Assembly (NCBI GenBank): GCA_951406725.2
Contig: OX597823.1
Location: forward strand, 95,604,001 to 95,668,000
From: Octopus vulgaris
Lineage: Eukaryota
Direction: 5' to 3'
DNA length: 64,000 bases
The position numbers and the translations under genes were made by a program. Positions 12,961 to 28,085 of this stretch are shown one piece after another; positions within the stretch are counted from its first letter, which is position 1; the number at the start of each line of letters is the position of its first letter. Below the pieces are notes generated by a model that was given only the letters and a program-made list of their open reading frames with translations, was not told the DNA's origin and ran no database searches.

Positions 12961-13874
12961 GTGATTAGCATACAGGGTAAAATACTCAGCAGAATTTTGT
13001 TTGGTTTCATTTTCTGAGTTCAAATTCCATCAAGGTTGACTTTGCCTTTCCTCCTTTCATGGGGGTTGATGAAATAAATACCAGTTGAACACTGGGGTTG
13101 ATGTAATCGACTATCTCCCTCCCCCAAAATTTCAGGACTTGAGCCTTCTGTAGAAAGGATTATTATTATGAGAGAGAGAGAGAGAGAGAGAGAGCAGTGC
13201 ATGCCATCAAAGTGACACTCGGGTAAAACATATAAAGCCCAGTATACCTATCATGACTATCCGTTTGATAAGGGTACACTTCATTTCACATTGCTCCAGT
13301 CTATTCAGTTGTAAACAGGTACCAACTGACTGCTGGTGGAGCCATCTCTCTTCCTCCAGCTGCCACATCCTCAGTGTTCCACTTGTTCAAGAGATAGGTA
13401 GACTGAGAGGGGTGTGTCTGTGTCTACCTAGGATTACTCAGGCTGCTAAGGCTATTAGTAAGAGCATGGTATCTGTGACCAGCTCATCACTCGTTTGTTT
13501 GAGTGACAGCTGGAGTTCCCTGTCAACATAAACATTTTTTTTTGCTGAGCTTCAGGAATTTGAAAACAATTCTTGTTTGTTACTGTAGATTCTTGAACAG
13601 AGTTGAGATAATTCCATTTTTCAATTCCAACAGAGCTCATTGCATTAAAAAATTATCTTGTTTATGATTGTTTTTGTTAAATCAAAAATCTGGAAATAGC
13701 ATCACATGACAAAGATGAAAAGACAATGGAACATGATGGACAGCTCCTCCACAGCATGTCTGTGAATAAATTACACACACACACTCACTCACACACTTAC
13801 ACACACATACACACATGCACGCACTCAAACTCACACAGTCAGACAGACAAATAGATAAATATAGATATATAGAT

Positions 13875-14061
13875 ACAAGTGGCGGCTGAAAAGTTCCTGG
13901 TTTTGGTTAATTATGATTTTATTCAACATATTCCCCTCTCAGATTCACATACTTATTGCAGTGGTCCTTCAGTTTTTTTCTCTCTGTAAAAGAACTCGGA
14001 AGGTTGTGCCTTCAACCAGGTCTTTCACAATACCCTTAAAGCCAAGAACTTTTCACCACCC

Positions 14062-14102
<41 letters not shown>

Positions 14103-15200
14103 CATACACTCATATGTACATATTGTTATCTATATATCTATATAATCTATTGAATATAGATGTTATACATAAATTTTTTTAAACTTTCATGCTTGGATAG
14201 TATAACAATTGGACAGGCTTATGTAGGGTACCACACGCAATTGTTGGCTCCCTTGAGCCTGAATAAGTGCCTGATCATCTGCAGTAAACTTTACAAGTGT
14301 GTCCACTTATTGCGCTATTCAAGCATAAAACTTGAAGCAGCTTGTGCATAACTTCTATATTCATTAAATGATATTCATTTCTTGGTGTGATGAGTTAGAC
14401 ACACAAAGCAGTGTTGTGGAAAAATCAGATTTTTAGATCAGTTCAAATTCTTGCTTGAAGCAACAAATGATAAAACACCAACCATTGTCTCAGGGTACCA
14501 CCTGTAGATTAATGAATGCATTTCAAGCTCCTTAGCTATCATCAGCTCCAGATACCAAGAGATACCCTGAAATGACTTTGGAAGTTATTACTTCTTTATA
14601 GAAAATCAGTTGAAATTGCAGTGTGTTGAGTTGTTCCATCTGTTGAATGCAGAATTCCTCGTTGACCGTTTAGTTCCATTCAAGCAATTCATAATGGATA
14701 ATCCCTTCCCAGTCCCACCATAAACACAACATTGTTTTACGCGGATGAAGATCTTATTTCACATGCGGTGTCTTATTTCACATGCGGCTTACCGGGGCTA
14801 AGCCATTCCTTATGCTGCTTCATATTGATGTACAAGCACCATTTTTCATCGCCAGTAACAATTTAGAAAAAAAAAATCATCGCTTGTGTACATGAGTTGA
14901 GCAGTGACAAGCAAGCAAACCAGCGGAGATTGTGGCTCATTGATTTTTGTTGTTGTCACTTAAAGTATGTGGAACCCATACTCCATACTTCTGAACCTTT
15001 CCCATCAAATGAAGATGTTTCTCTATAGCAGTGTGAGAGCATTCCGTTTTCTCTGCCAGTTCTCTTGTCATTTGACAAGAATTTTCATGCAAAAGTTGGT
15101 TTAATCACTCTTCATCAAACTCAGCTGGACGGCCAGAACGAGGTGTGTCTCTCCATACACAGCACAAATGTCACAAGCAGCTTTTGCGGCCTTAGAACCT
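13875..15200 (-). pseudogene. Decayed mariner transposon / transposase pseudogene
   Basis: Minus-strand mariner motifs GVWVPHTL (14961-14984) and VTGDEKW (14839-14859). A mariner-like end TACAAGTGGCGGCTGAAAAGTTCC is at 13873 and may belong to a separate relic. Many stops and frameshifts. Confidence 0.8.
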
Positions 15201-15444
15201 TGATTAAAAGCAAAAAGAAGGAGGTGTTGAACATGCTCGTTCAAGTTTTTCTTAACTCGACATTCCATTTTAATGATCTGAAAATAAACAAAAAAATTTA
15301 ACTAAAATTAACTAGAAAAAAAAAAACAAAATAGATTCCAAAATGACTCAAAAATAGAATTCTCGAAAAAAATAGATTCCAAAATTTAAAAACGATATAA
15401 ACTCCAAAATTTTAAAAAGTGGTGGGAACTTAGTTGCCAACCTA

Positions 15445-15505
<61 letters not shown>

Positions 15506-15960
15506 TATTGCACGTACACATACACACGTGCATTTGTGTTTGTGCTTGCTTGGTTTTCGACATTATGTAATAGTTCTAAGCCAGTGTTATTGTCACACAA
15601 GCACTGTCATGCGTTTCCAATTGTTTGGAAACAGGTGAATGTTGGTAACAGTAATGTTATCAGACCATTGAAAACCTTGCCTCAACGAATTTCATCTAAT
15701 CCATGCAAGCATAGAATAGTGGACATTCAAATGATAGAACAATGATGCTGCTGCTGATGATGATGATGATGTGTGTGTGTGTGTGTGCTGTGACAGTAGA
15801 TAATATAATATTCAAGTCATAATAAAATAAAAGTTTTCACCTAAATCACATAATTAACCTCTTTCTTTTTCCCCGTCTTTCTCTTTCTTCTTTTGCTAGA
15901 AAACAAATAAGCACTCTCTCTCTCTCTCTCTCCCCCTCTCGCTCTCTCTCTCATTTTTAA

Positions 15961-16183
15961 CTCTTTGGCATTTCAACTGGCCATACCAGGCCTAAATAAT
16001 ATTCTGTCTGTTTTGTGTTTGAAGTAGCCAGATCCAGCCTCTCACACCTACCATACTATCTCATTCTAAAAGTAAACAATCACATCCTTGAAATCTCAAA
16101 GCAATGAAATAAGCCGAGATTAATTCAAAACAATGCGAATTAATAAGCATTACATTGGACGGAGTAACCTGAATGCTAAAGGG
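15961..16183. mobile_element. piggyBac-type MITE (second family)
   Basis: TTAA-CTCTTTGGCATT...AATGCTAAAGGG-TTAA. A homologous copy at 34331-34548 is also TTAA-flanked. Confidence 0.75.
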
Positions 16184-17645
16184 TTAAACATTATTTTGTT
16201 TGTTTCCTTTTTTTGTTTTATTTCTGGATCAATTAACAATGATGTGGTTACAGGCATAGCTATCATCATCATCATCATTCAACGTCCGCTTTCCATGCTA
16301 GCATGGGTTGGACGATTTGACTGAGGTCTGGCGAACCAGATGGTTGCACCAGGCTCCAATCTGATCTGGCAGAGTTTCTACAGCTGGATGCCCTTCCTAA
16401 CGCCAACCACTCCGAGAGTGTAGTGGGTGCTTTTACATGCTACCAGCACGAGAGCCAGTCAGGCGGTACTGGCAACAGCCATGCTTGAAATGGTGATTTT
16501 TACCTGCCACCTGCACAGGAGCCAGTCGAGTGGCACTGGTAACGACCTCACTCGAATGTTTTTTCACGTGCCAGTAAGGCGATGCTGGTAATGATCACGC
16601 TCGAATGGTGCTTTTTACATGCCACCGGCATGGAAGCCAGTTAGCTGCTCTGGCAGTGATCATGCTTCAGATGGTGCTCTTAGTGCTCCTCTAGCACTGA
16701 TGCCAGTCATTGAAGTCAGGAATTCTGGGTTCAATTCCACAACATGATACCTTAGGCTTGTGTCTCTTCTGCCATGGGCACATGTTGACTAAAACGCTAG
16801 TAAGTAAGCAAAAACTGCTTCTGCCCATCGGATGCAACACTGCACAACTGAATTCTGGAGTGTACAGCATGGTTCTTGGTAATACAGAGGCATAGTGCAC
16901 CTGTAATAATTGATTTGAGGACTGTACTTAGTATATCTGCTGATTACCCACCTGTGGTGCCATTGGTTAGTTTGATTAGAGGTGAGCTGAGGGGGGGGGG
17001 CTACACAAATACCATACCAAATCATTTAATATCAAATCACATATATTTCTGCTGGTGTTGACTTTACCTTTCATCCTTTGGGGGTCGAAGTAATTGCCTT
17101 ACCACTCCCTCAAAATTGCTAGCCTTGTGCCAATATTTGAAATCCTTATTATCATCATCATCATCATTATTAAGGTGGTGAACTGGCTGAATTGTTAGCA
17201 AGCTGGACAAAATGCTTAGCAGCACTTCGTCCATCTTTATGTTCTGAGTTCAAATTCCACCAAGGTTAACTTTGCTTTTCATCCTTTCAGGGACGATGAA
17301 ATAAGTACCAGTGAAGCACTGGGGGCAATGTAGTTGATTAGAGCCCTTCCCCCAAAATTGCAGGCCTTGTTCCCATAACAGAAAAGACAAAAGCAATCAA
17401 GTCATACATCACCCTATCACAACACCTCATCAACACCCTTCATCAAAAATATTTTGTTGCTTTTTCTTCTCTTTCTTTGTTTTGCTGTTTATTTAGTTTG
17501 TTTATTATTTATTTGAAATGTTATCTTTTTCTTTCTTTCTTTATTTTTTTTTCTTTTTGCTTTCATTGATTTATTTTATTTACATCCACACCAGCACACC
17601 TATATTTATATATATATATGTCTTTATATTTTCTCTTATTCCTAG

Positions 17646-17665
17646 GTGGAACTCTCTGGAAATGA
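17646..17665 (+). CDS. Candidate alternative terminal exon encoding (G)GTLWK*
   Basis: Pyrimidine-rich acceptor TTTTCTCTTATTCCTAG. The phase-1 frame (same phase as the 40151 exon) gives GGTLWK-stop. Unique, motif-rich sequence follows. Alternative reading: 22-nt exon VELSGNE with weak donor GTTCAA. Confidence 0.45.
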
Positions 17666-18308
17666 AGGTTCAAAAGCTATTTTAATGTTATTATTTTGCC
17701 TGTTTTGCTTATTTTGTTTATTTCTACCCTGAAATATTAACCTTCTAACATGCACGTCTTTGGCATGCATGCATGCTCATCCTTTTTCCTTCCCCAATTT
17801 TATTCTTAATTCCAAACCCCGTACTTTACTGGTGACCAATTGCCAACCAATCCAACAAACTTTACTAAATATTAATTTAATAACATGTATTATACAACAA
17901 TTAACTTGTCTCTCAGGTTATTAACTTAACAATTAATTGCTGTGCTAAGCTCGAATAACACACCAGTTGGATGCTGTACTAATTCATTGGTTTTCTAACT
18001 GCACTAATATTTTACTGATTTATATAATTCAAGTAAAATTCAACCTCCATTCTTCTTTGTATTATGACACTTGTTCACTACCGTAATTGACTGTACAAAC
18101 ATTCTAGTTAATTAACTTCACCAGTATTGTACCATGTTGTACCAATACACTAATTTAAACTACCACCGTACTATTTTGTAGTAATACATCAGTTGATCAC
18201 TGTATTGTGTACTAATTATCCACTAGTATGTTATAATATAACACTGTATAACCACTGTATACCATTGAACCAAATGTACTGTTTATAGCACTTCACTTAC
18301 TGAACTAA

Positions 18309-19276
18309 TGTATATATATATATACATACATACATATATATATATATATGTATGTATATATATATGTATATGTATGTATGTATATATATATGTATATGTA
18401 TGTATGTATATATATATGTATATGTATGTATGTATATATATATGTATATGTATGTATGTATATATATATGTATATGTATGTATGTATATATATATGTATA
18501 TGTATGTATGTATATATATATGTATATGTATGTATGTATATATATATGTATATGTATGTATGTATATATATATGTATATGTATGTATGTATATATATATG
18601 TATATGTATGTATGTATATATGTATATGTATGTATATATATATGTATATGTATGTATGTATATATATATATGTATATGTATGTATGTATATATATATATG
18701 TATATGTATGTATGTATATATATATATATATATATGTATGTACGTATATATGTATGTATGTATATATATATGTATATGTATGTATGTATATATATATGTA
18801 TGTATGTATATATATATGTATATGTATGTATGTATATATATATATGTATATGTATGTATGTATATATATATGTATATGTATGTATGTATATATATATGTA
18901 TATGTATGTATGTATATATATATATGTATATGTATGTATGTATATATATATGTATATGTATGTATGTATATATATATGTATATGTATGTATGTATATATA
19001 TATGTATATGTATGTATATATATATGTATATGTATGTATGTATATATATATATGTATATGTATGTATGTATATATATATGTATATGTATGTACGTATATA
19101 TGTATGTATGTATATATATATGTATATGTATGTACGTATATATGTATGTATGTATATATATATGTATATGTATGTACGTATATATGTATGTATGTATATA
19201 TATATGTATATATATGTATGTATGTATATATATATGTATATATATGTATGTATATATATATATGTGTGTATGTATG

Positions 19277-19366
<90 letters not shown>
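18309..19366. repeat. (TA)/(TATG) array with ~26-nt higher-order unit
   Basis: The unit TATATATATGTATATGTATGTATGTA is reiterated and ends in pure (TA)n. Confidence 0.95.
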
Positions 19367-20665
<1,299 letters not shown>

Positions 20666-21061
20666 AGTATATATACTGTTATATACTAGCTATACTATTG
20701 TACCCTTCCTGTACTGTGTTGTACTACTAATAATACTAATCACTACTAAGTTACTACCTTGTACTAATATACTCAATAAACATTGTATAATAATATGTAA
20801 TGATCAGTTTATCCCTGTACTACGATATAAAACTAACTGCTGCACTTAAAACTCCATTGACGCATGAAAGAGTCACCAGTTTGTACTAATTGATAAATTA
20901 ACCACTGAGTTGCATAAACTTTTTAGCTAACCACTCTGATGTGTGAACCAATACTATGCTACCCTCTACTAATAATACACTAATTAACTACCGTACTATT
21001 GTTGTATCAGTCTGTATTTTAACTTTTTCTTGTACTTTTGTGTTGGTTTGATAACACACAG

Positions 21062-21094
21062 GTAGAAATCAGATTGTTAACCACAAATGCTCAG
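21062..21094 (+). CDS. Candidate 33-nt frame-preserving microexon (GRNQIVNHKCS in phase 1)
   Basis: TTTAAC branch-like site, T-rich tract, CACAG acceptor and CAG|GTAAAA donor. Length is divisible by 3 and the frame is open in phase 0 and phase 1. Confidence 0.4.
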
Positions 21095-21607
21095 GTAAAA
21101 GGTAACAAGAAGTAAATATATTGTGAGAAGGAATAAAAAGCTATTAGTTACGGACTGATAATGTTTACATGGTGCTAGTAGGTTGGGGAGACAACTCTGG
21201 TCATATTTTAGTATTATTCTGACCTTGTCAGTGAAATAGAGTTGTACTATGAATCACTAAATAAATGTACAAAGTGTAAAATTTTGTGAACAAAAATAAT
21301 TCGAAGATACCAACTTTTGAATAAAACGAATTTTATTTACTTGATATCAAAATAATAGATGGGCTCTAATTTACAATTTCAGAGGGAAGTATGACCAATT
21401 CAATCAGCTTAAGCATATCAATGCTATTTTATCAGTCTGTGCTGGTATGATTGAGTGACTGAAATGTTTGCTTCCCAACCACATGGTTCCAGGTTCAGTT
21501 CCCCTGTGCAGAACTTCGGGAAAGTCTATTATAGCCTCTCAGACCAACCAAATCCTTGTGAGTGAATTTGGTAGATAGAAACTGAAAGAAGCCCATTGTG
21601 TGTGTGT

Positions 21608-21645
<38 letters not shown>

Positions 21646-22115
21646 ATGTGTCCTTATGTCTGCATTTGTCCTCCACCACTGCTTGCCAACTAAGGTTGGT
21701 GTGTTTATGTCGCCACAACTTAGCAGTTCAGCAAAAGTGATTGATAGAGTAAGTACCAAATTTAGGAAATAAGTACTGGGGCCAATTCATTCAACTAAAA
21801 ATTCTTCAAGGCGATGCCCCAGCATGGCCACAGTCTAATGACTGAAACAAGTAAAAGATAAAGAATAAAAGACAATTTAAATCTACTCCATTGAAATGCA
21901 AAACTGAATTTAAAAAATTGTGTATTTTTCAGAAAGTTATAAGACCCTCATCTTCACCTCTTTGATCAACTCTCTTTCTCTACCTCTCTTTCACTTTCTC
22001 TCTGGCCTGCTTTCTATACGATGTAAAGAATAATTGGAGATACCTGCCAAGAAATCAATCAATATTTGCATTGGTTGTTACGATTAAAGTTTGTGGGGCA
22101 TGGATTTGGTTTTGT

Positions 22116-22303
22116 TTCTGAGAAAGGCGTAATTAAATCTATTTGCTCTTTGGTGCATATCTATGAGGTGGCCATATCTGGAGACTTCTGAGAAGAGATG
22201 AAATTAAATCTATTTGTTCGGTAGCAGACATCTATGAGGTAGCCACATCTGGAAGTTCCTGATATAAGAGGAAATCAAATATGTTTGTTCTGTAGCAGAC
22301 AAC
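22116..22303. repeat. Diverged 70-bp tandem repeat, ~2.7 copies
   Basis: Units start at 22116, 22186 and 22256 (TTCTGAGAA..AATTAAATCTATTTG..ATCTATGAGGT.GCCA.ATCTGGA). Confidence 0.85.
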
Positions 22304-22640
22304 TATCTTTTAAACTGACACGACCAATATCTCACTCACATTTCTTAGAGAGATTTTTGTCAGGATCAAAAAGATTAACCCTCAAAGAATGTAAAGCTTA
22401 ACTCTTGCTCTTCCTTCACTTACCTGAGATCCGTTTGGCCTTCAGGTGAAATCTATGGCATTGGTACACGTGGTGATTTACTATGTTTTCTTTTTTAATT
22501 CTTCTTGTTTTGTTTTATGTATTTTGTAAATAATAGGTCAACAAATGGTTGTTTCCAAATGACCATTCCCTAACAGAATCTATTTCCATTGGCAAGAGGG
22601 ATTGGTGTATCTTTTACTAATATACATTGTTGAAAGACAC

Positions 22641-22682
<42 letters not shown>

Positions 22683-23020
22683 ATGCACATTTACTCATTC
22701 ACTGTCTCTTATACACACACACACTCAGTCACTTTTTCTCTCTCACATGCACACATACACACGTACACACGCATGCAGAGTTAAAATCATAATCGTATTT
22801 GTGTATAAATCATGTAGGATGTTGCGTAAAGCACATCTGCAGCTATTGGCTACCTAATGTCAACATCAGTAGGGATGCATATGCTGCTGGATTGACCTCA
22901 AGAATTCCTTGCTGTCAGGAGTTTATATTAATAGATCAGAGACAGAAAATGGAATTCACAAGATTCTTTATTCAAAATCACTACAATTGTTTTAACCTAT
23001 CATGCATCTGTACCTCACAG

Positions 23021-23056
23021 GTGAGATATTGTACAATCAATTGTCTTGTATTGCAG
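23021..23056 (+). CDS. Candidate 36-nt frame-preserving microexon (GEILYNQLSCIA in phase 1)
   Basis: TTTAAC..CCTCACAG acceptor and GCAG|GTAACT donor. 23020/23021 could instead be the donor of an upstream exon (ORF 22799-23068). Confidence 0.3.
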
Positions 23057-23491
23057 GTAACTTTTTAAACTAGCACCTTGCTCTTTCTTCTCTTCGTTTC
23101 ACTCACCTCTCCCCTTAAGATGTGTGTTTAGGGAGCTTGCTGCATTCTAGCAGCTTTCACATATTCATTTATTCATTTACTTGTTTTCCAGTCATTTGAT
23201 TGTGGCCATGCTGGAGCACCACCTTTAGGCAAATCAACCCCAGCATTTATTGTTTGTAAACCTAGTACTTATTCTATCGGTCTCTTTTGCCGAACTGCTA
23301 ATGTACAGGGAAGTAAACACACCAACATCAGTGTCAAGCGATGGGGTGGGTGGGGGTGGGGAACAAACACCAATACACAAATACATACATACATAAATAT
23401 ATATATATATATATTGTGACCTTTAAATAAATAATATCTCTCACCAGATGGAGTACTTTTTTGTTGAATTTTCTATTACAGATCAGTACAG

Positions 23492-23553
<62 letters not shown>

Positions 23554-24767
23554 GACAGGCTTCTTTCAGTTTCTGTCTACCAAATCCACTCACAAGGCTT
23601 TGGTCAGCCCAACGCTATAGTAGAAGATACTTGCCCATATATGGGCAAGTATGTTTGTGTGTGTATATTTGTATGTGTGTGTGTGTCTACTGCGTTCTAT
23701 TGACTGTCATACAAACAGTGTCTTTCATGTTTAATATTTTATGAAAACATGTCTGGCCAATGCAGAAATATTACGTTGCTTGTAAACAAGGTGAGGGTTG
23801 AGAACAGGAATGGTATTCAGCCATAGAAACTCTGCCACAATGAACTCAGCCCATACCATGCAAGCATGGAAAAGCAGATGTTAAAATGACGATGATGATG
23901 ATGACGACGACGATCTGCAGATACTCAATCCAGCCAATCAGGAGTTACCTTCAGCAGTCATATCCATTGCTCTTCTTTTTCTATTTAACTTATTTGAAAA
24001 AAGAAAAGCTTAGAAAATTACTATTTTTAAATCTCACAATGTGAGATATTCAGCAACAGTACTTTGTAGTAAAGATTGGTTGCCAACATAACAATCGTGA
24101 TACACAGATATTGTTTTGAGCTGGGTGGGGGTGCTAGATTCTCTTGTTTGAAAATATAAGGACACGGTTCTTGTCGTATAGCCAGCTGGAGACGATGTCT
24201 CCTGGGGCTAAATTACAGCAACATTCGTCCTAAACCAGGACTGCCATATAACATTGGCAAATAATCTTTACTCCAAAAGAAAAGCTGTTTTATAGTGAGC
24301 GTATAACAATAAGTTTGACGATATTGTAGTCTGTGTTGAGCTGGGTTTAAGACATCATAAAGGTCAAGCCGATGAGTCATCAGTGAACATAGATTCCTTG
24401 AACTCTCTGGGCAATAAACTTTTGTGTATCATTAAACGAGAATTAAATGGGGCAACTAAACATGTTGCTTATCTAGTTTACGTTTAACTCTATTATCTTC
24501 CCAGCAATCCCTCCTGTTTTATGGTGAGGCGTCACACCATTAAAACAACTGTCAGACATTTGCTTCTCTGACTAATTCCATCTGCAAACATTAGGAGTGG
24601 GAAGACTTCAGTTTATTAACTGACAGGTTCCCACATAAAACACCATTGAATTAATCGCCTGCTATTTCACCTTTCCATTATCTGAGACGAGGACTTCTTC
24701 CTCTGTTCTCATACGACCAGTTTTCATGAAAATAAAATCACTCAAGGAAAGAATCTAATGCAAATCA

Positions 24768-25225
24768 CCTCTCTCTCCCTCTCTCTCTCTCTCTCCTTCT
24801 CTCTCTCCCTCTCTCTCTCTCCCTCTCCCTCTTTCTCTCCTTCTCCATCTCTCTCTCTCCCTCCCTCCCTCTCTCTCCTTCTCTCTCTCTCTCCCTCCCT
24901 TCTCTCTCCCTCTCTCTCTCCTTCTCTCTCTCCCTCTCTCTTTCTCCTTCTCTCTCCTTCTCTCTCTCCCTCTCTCTCTCTCCCTCTCTCTCTCCCTCTC
25001 TCTCTCTCCTTCTCTCTCTCCCTCTCTCTTTCTCCTTCTCTCTCTCCCTCTCTCTCTCTCCTTCTCTCTCTCCCTCTCTCTTTCTCCTTCTCTTTCCCTC
25101 TCTCTCTCCTTCTCTCTCTCCCTCTCTCCCTCCCCATCTTTCTCTCCTTCTCCCTCTCTCTCTCCCTCCCTCTCTCTCTCCTTCTCTCTCTCCCTCCCTC
25201 TCTCTCTCTCTTTTCCTCTCTCTTC
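24768..25225. repeat. ~460-bp near-pure polypyrimidine (CT/CCTT) tract
   Basis: Directly visible; explains the ERER and SLSL ORFs. Confidence 0.95.
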
Positions 25226-25612
25226 AGTAGAGCAAATATCCATGTTATTAACAAAACAAAAACTCTACAAGATCTATCAATACACACTCACACACACATA
25301 CACATACACACATATGGTGTGGTTGTGTGGTAAGAAATTTGCTTCCCAAATATATTGTTTTGGGTTCATTCCCACTGCATGGTACCTTGGGCAGTTGTCC
25401 TCTACTATAGCCTCAGGCCAACTAAAGCCTTGTAAGTGAATTTGGTAGATTGAAACTGAAAGAAGCCTGCCATATATATACACATATATATATGTGTATG
25501 TATATATATTTATAGATATATATATATACAAACACACATACATACATATATATATACATACATATGTGTATATATATGTATGTATGCATATATGTGTGTG
25601 TGTATGTGTATG

Positions 25613-25968
25613 GTGGTGCAATGGCCAAGTGGCTAGGGCAGTGGATTCGATTCCCAGACCGGATGTTGTGAGTGTTTATTGAGTGAAAACACCTTAAGCT
25701 CAATGAGGCTCCGGCAGGAGTTGGTGGCGAACCCTGCTGTACTCTTTCACCACAATTTTCTCTAACTTTTTCCTCCTGTTTCTGTTGTACCTGTATTTCA
25801 AAGGGCCAGCCTTGTACACACTGTGTCACGCCGAATCTTCCCAAGAACTACGTTAAGGGTACACGTGTCTGTGGAGTGCTCAGCCACTTGCATGTTAATT
25901 TCACGAGCAGGCTGTTCTGTTGAGCGGATCAACTGGAACCCTCATCGTCATAACCAATGGAGTGCCAC
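25613..25968 (+). mobile_element. tRNA-derived SINE family C
   Basis: Aligns by eye over ~350 bp with 38500-38872 and 60282-60651. Confidence 0.85.
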
Positions 25969-26317
25969 GATATATATTTATATATATGTATATATTGTGT
26001 ATGTACACATCTCTCTCACTGGTGCCCACACAGCAAAGCATGCACAGCTGATGGTGCCATGTTTACCTTTACCTTCATTTCGTTTTTATATATAGGGCAC
26101 GTAAAAAGCAGCCACTACACTCACGGAGTGGTTGGCGTTAGGAAGGGCATCCAGCTGTAGAAACACTGCCAGATCAGAATGGAGCCTGGTGCAGCCTCTT
26201 GGCTTCCCAGAGCCCGGTCGAACCGTCCAACCCATGCTAGCAAGGAAAACGGACATTAAACAATGATGATGATGATATATATACATATATACAAATATAT
26301 ATATATATATACATATA

Positions 26318-26706
26318 GGCGCAGGAGTGGCTGTGTGGTAAGTAGCTTGTTTACCAACCACATGGTTCCGGGTTCAGTCCCACTGCGTGGCACCTTGGGC
26401 AAGTGTCTTCTACTATAGCCTCGGGCCGACCAAAGCCTTGTGAGTGGATTTGGTAGATGGAAACTGAAAGAAGCCTGTCGTATATATGTATGTATATATA
26501 TGCATGTGTGTGTATGTGTTTGTCCCCCTAGCATTGCTTGACAACCGATGCTGGTGTGTTTATGTCCCCATTACTTAGTGGTTCGGCAAAAGAGACCGAT
26601 AGAATAAGTACAGGGCTTACAAAAGAATAAGTCCCAGGGTTGAGTTGCTCGATTAAAGGCGGTGCTCCAGCATGGCCACAGTCAAATGACTGAAACAAGT
26701 AAAAAA
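26318..26706 (+). mobile_element. tRNA-derived SINE family A (CORE-like motif, internal microsatellite), best copy
   Basis: A/B boxes (TGGCTGTGTGGT, GGTTCAGTCCC), ACCTTGGGCAAGT core and 3' end CCAGCATGGCCACAGTCAAATGACTGAAACAAGTAAAA. Further full or partial copies lie at ~21440, 23170(-), 25315, 27493, 27870(-), 32322, 38210, 39275(-), 44050, 45260(-), 50386, 52385(-), 55695(-), 57490(-) and 62415. Confidence 0.9.
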
Positions 26707-28085
26707 TATATATATATATATATATATACTTTATTAAAAAGCAGCAAAAATATCACAAAAACTGTTACTCATATGTATATCATGATCATCATTTAATGTC
26801 CACTTTCCATGCTAGCATGGGTTGGACAATTTGAGTGAGGACTGGCAAACCAGATAGCTGCACCAGGCTCCAATCTGATCTGGCAGAGTTTCTACAGCTG
26901 GATGCCTTTCCTAATGCCAACCACTCCGAGAGTGTAGTGGGTGCTTTTACATGCCACTGGCACGAGAGCTAGTCAGGCGGTACTGGCAATGGCCACACTC
27001 AAGTGGTGTTTTTTATGTGCCACCTGCACAGGAGCCAGTCCAGCAGCACTGGCAACAGCAAACACATGCATACATACATGCATACAATCATACATACATA
27101 CATACATACATACACACTCATGCATATATGTGTGTGTTTGTGTATATATATATGTATGTATATTATCCATCCATAGACATAGTTTGATTACAGGGGATCC
27201 ATGAATGGCCAAGGCATAGCAAGGTAAAGCTTGCCACAAATTGGTTACATAGAATTGTTCAAAACAGGATTAATTAATTCATTATCTTAGCACAGAATGC
27301 ATTGATGAAGGAAACCTTCAGAGTGGAGTTGGAACATAATAAAAACTGACAGAGGCGTTATTTGCTAGTTCTGTGATGGTATTGTGAAAACAGCTGTGAC
27401 AATACCAGATAACCATTCCTCTGTTTTTACTCTGTGTGTGTGTGTGGATAGGTGTATATATATATATATATATATATAAAACATATATTCTTAGGTGCAG
27501 GAGTGGCTGTGTGGTAAGTAGCTTGCTTACTAACCACATAGTTCCAGGTTCAGTCTTACTGCCTTGCACCCTGGGCAAGTGCCTTCTACTATAGCCTTGT
27601 GTGTGGATTTGGTAGACAGAAACCGAAAGAAGCACGTCGTATATGTATATGTTTGCGTGTCTGTGTTTGTCCCCCCAACATCGCTTGACAACCGATGCTG
27701 GTGTGTTTACATCCCTGTCACTTAGTGGTTCAGCAAAAAGACTCTGATAGAATAAGTACTAGGCTTACAAAGGATAAGTCCTGGGGTTGATTTGCTTGAC
27801 TAAAGACGGTGCTCCAGCATGGCCACAGTCAAATGACTGAAGCAAATAAAAGAATAAAAGAATGTGTGTTTCCTTTTATCCTTTACTTGTTTCAGTCATG
27901 AGACTGTGGCCATGCTGGGGCACCACCTTGAAGAATTTTAGTTGAAGAAATCAACACTTGTACTTGTATTTTTTTTTTCAAGCCCGGTCGAACTGCTAAG
28001 TTATAGGGGTGTAAACATGCCAACACCAATTGTCAAGTGGTGGCAGGGGACAAACACCAGTAGAAAGACACACTATCATAGATAT

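Noticed and set aside
22799-23068. 89-aa Cys-rich ORF as a coding exon
   Set aside because: The acceptor at 22817 is weak and no homology was recognised; kept only as an alternative reading of the 23020 site.
24742-25333. ERER/SLSL ORFs
   Set aside because: Translation of the CT tract.
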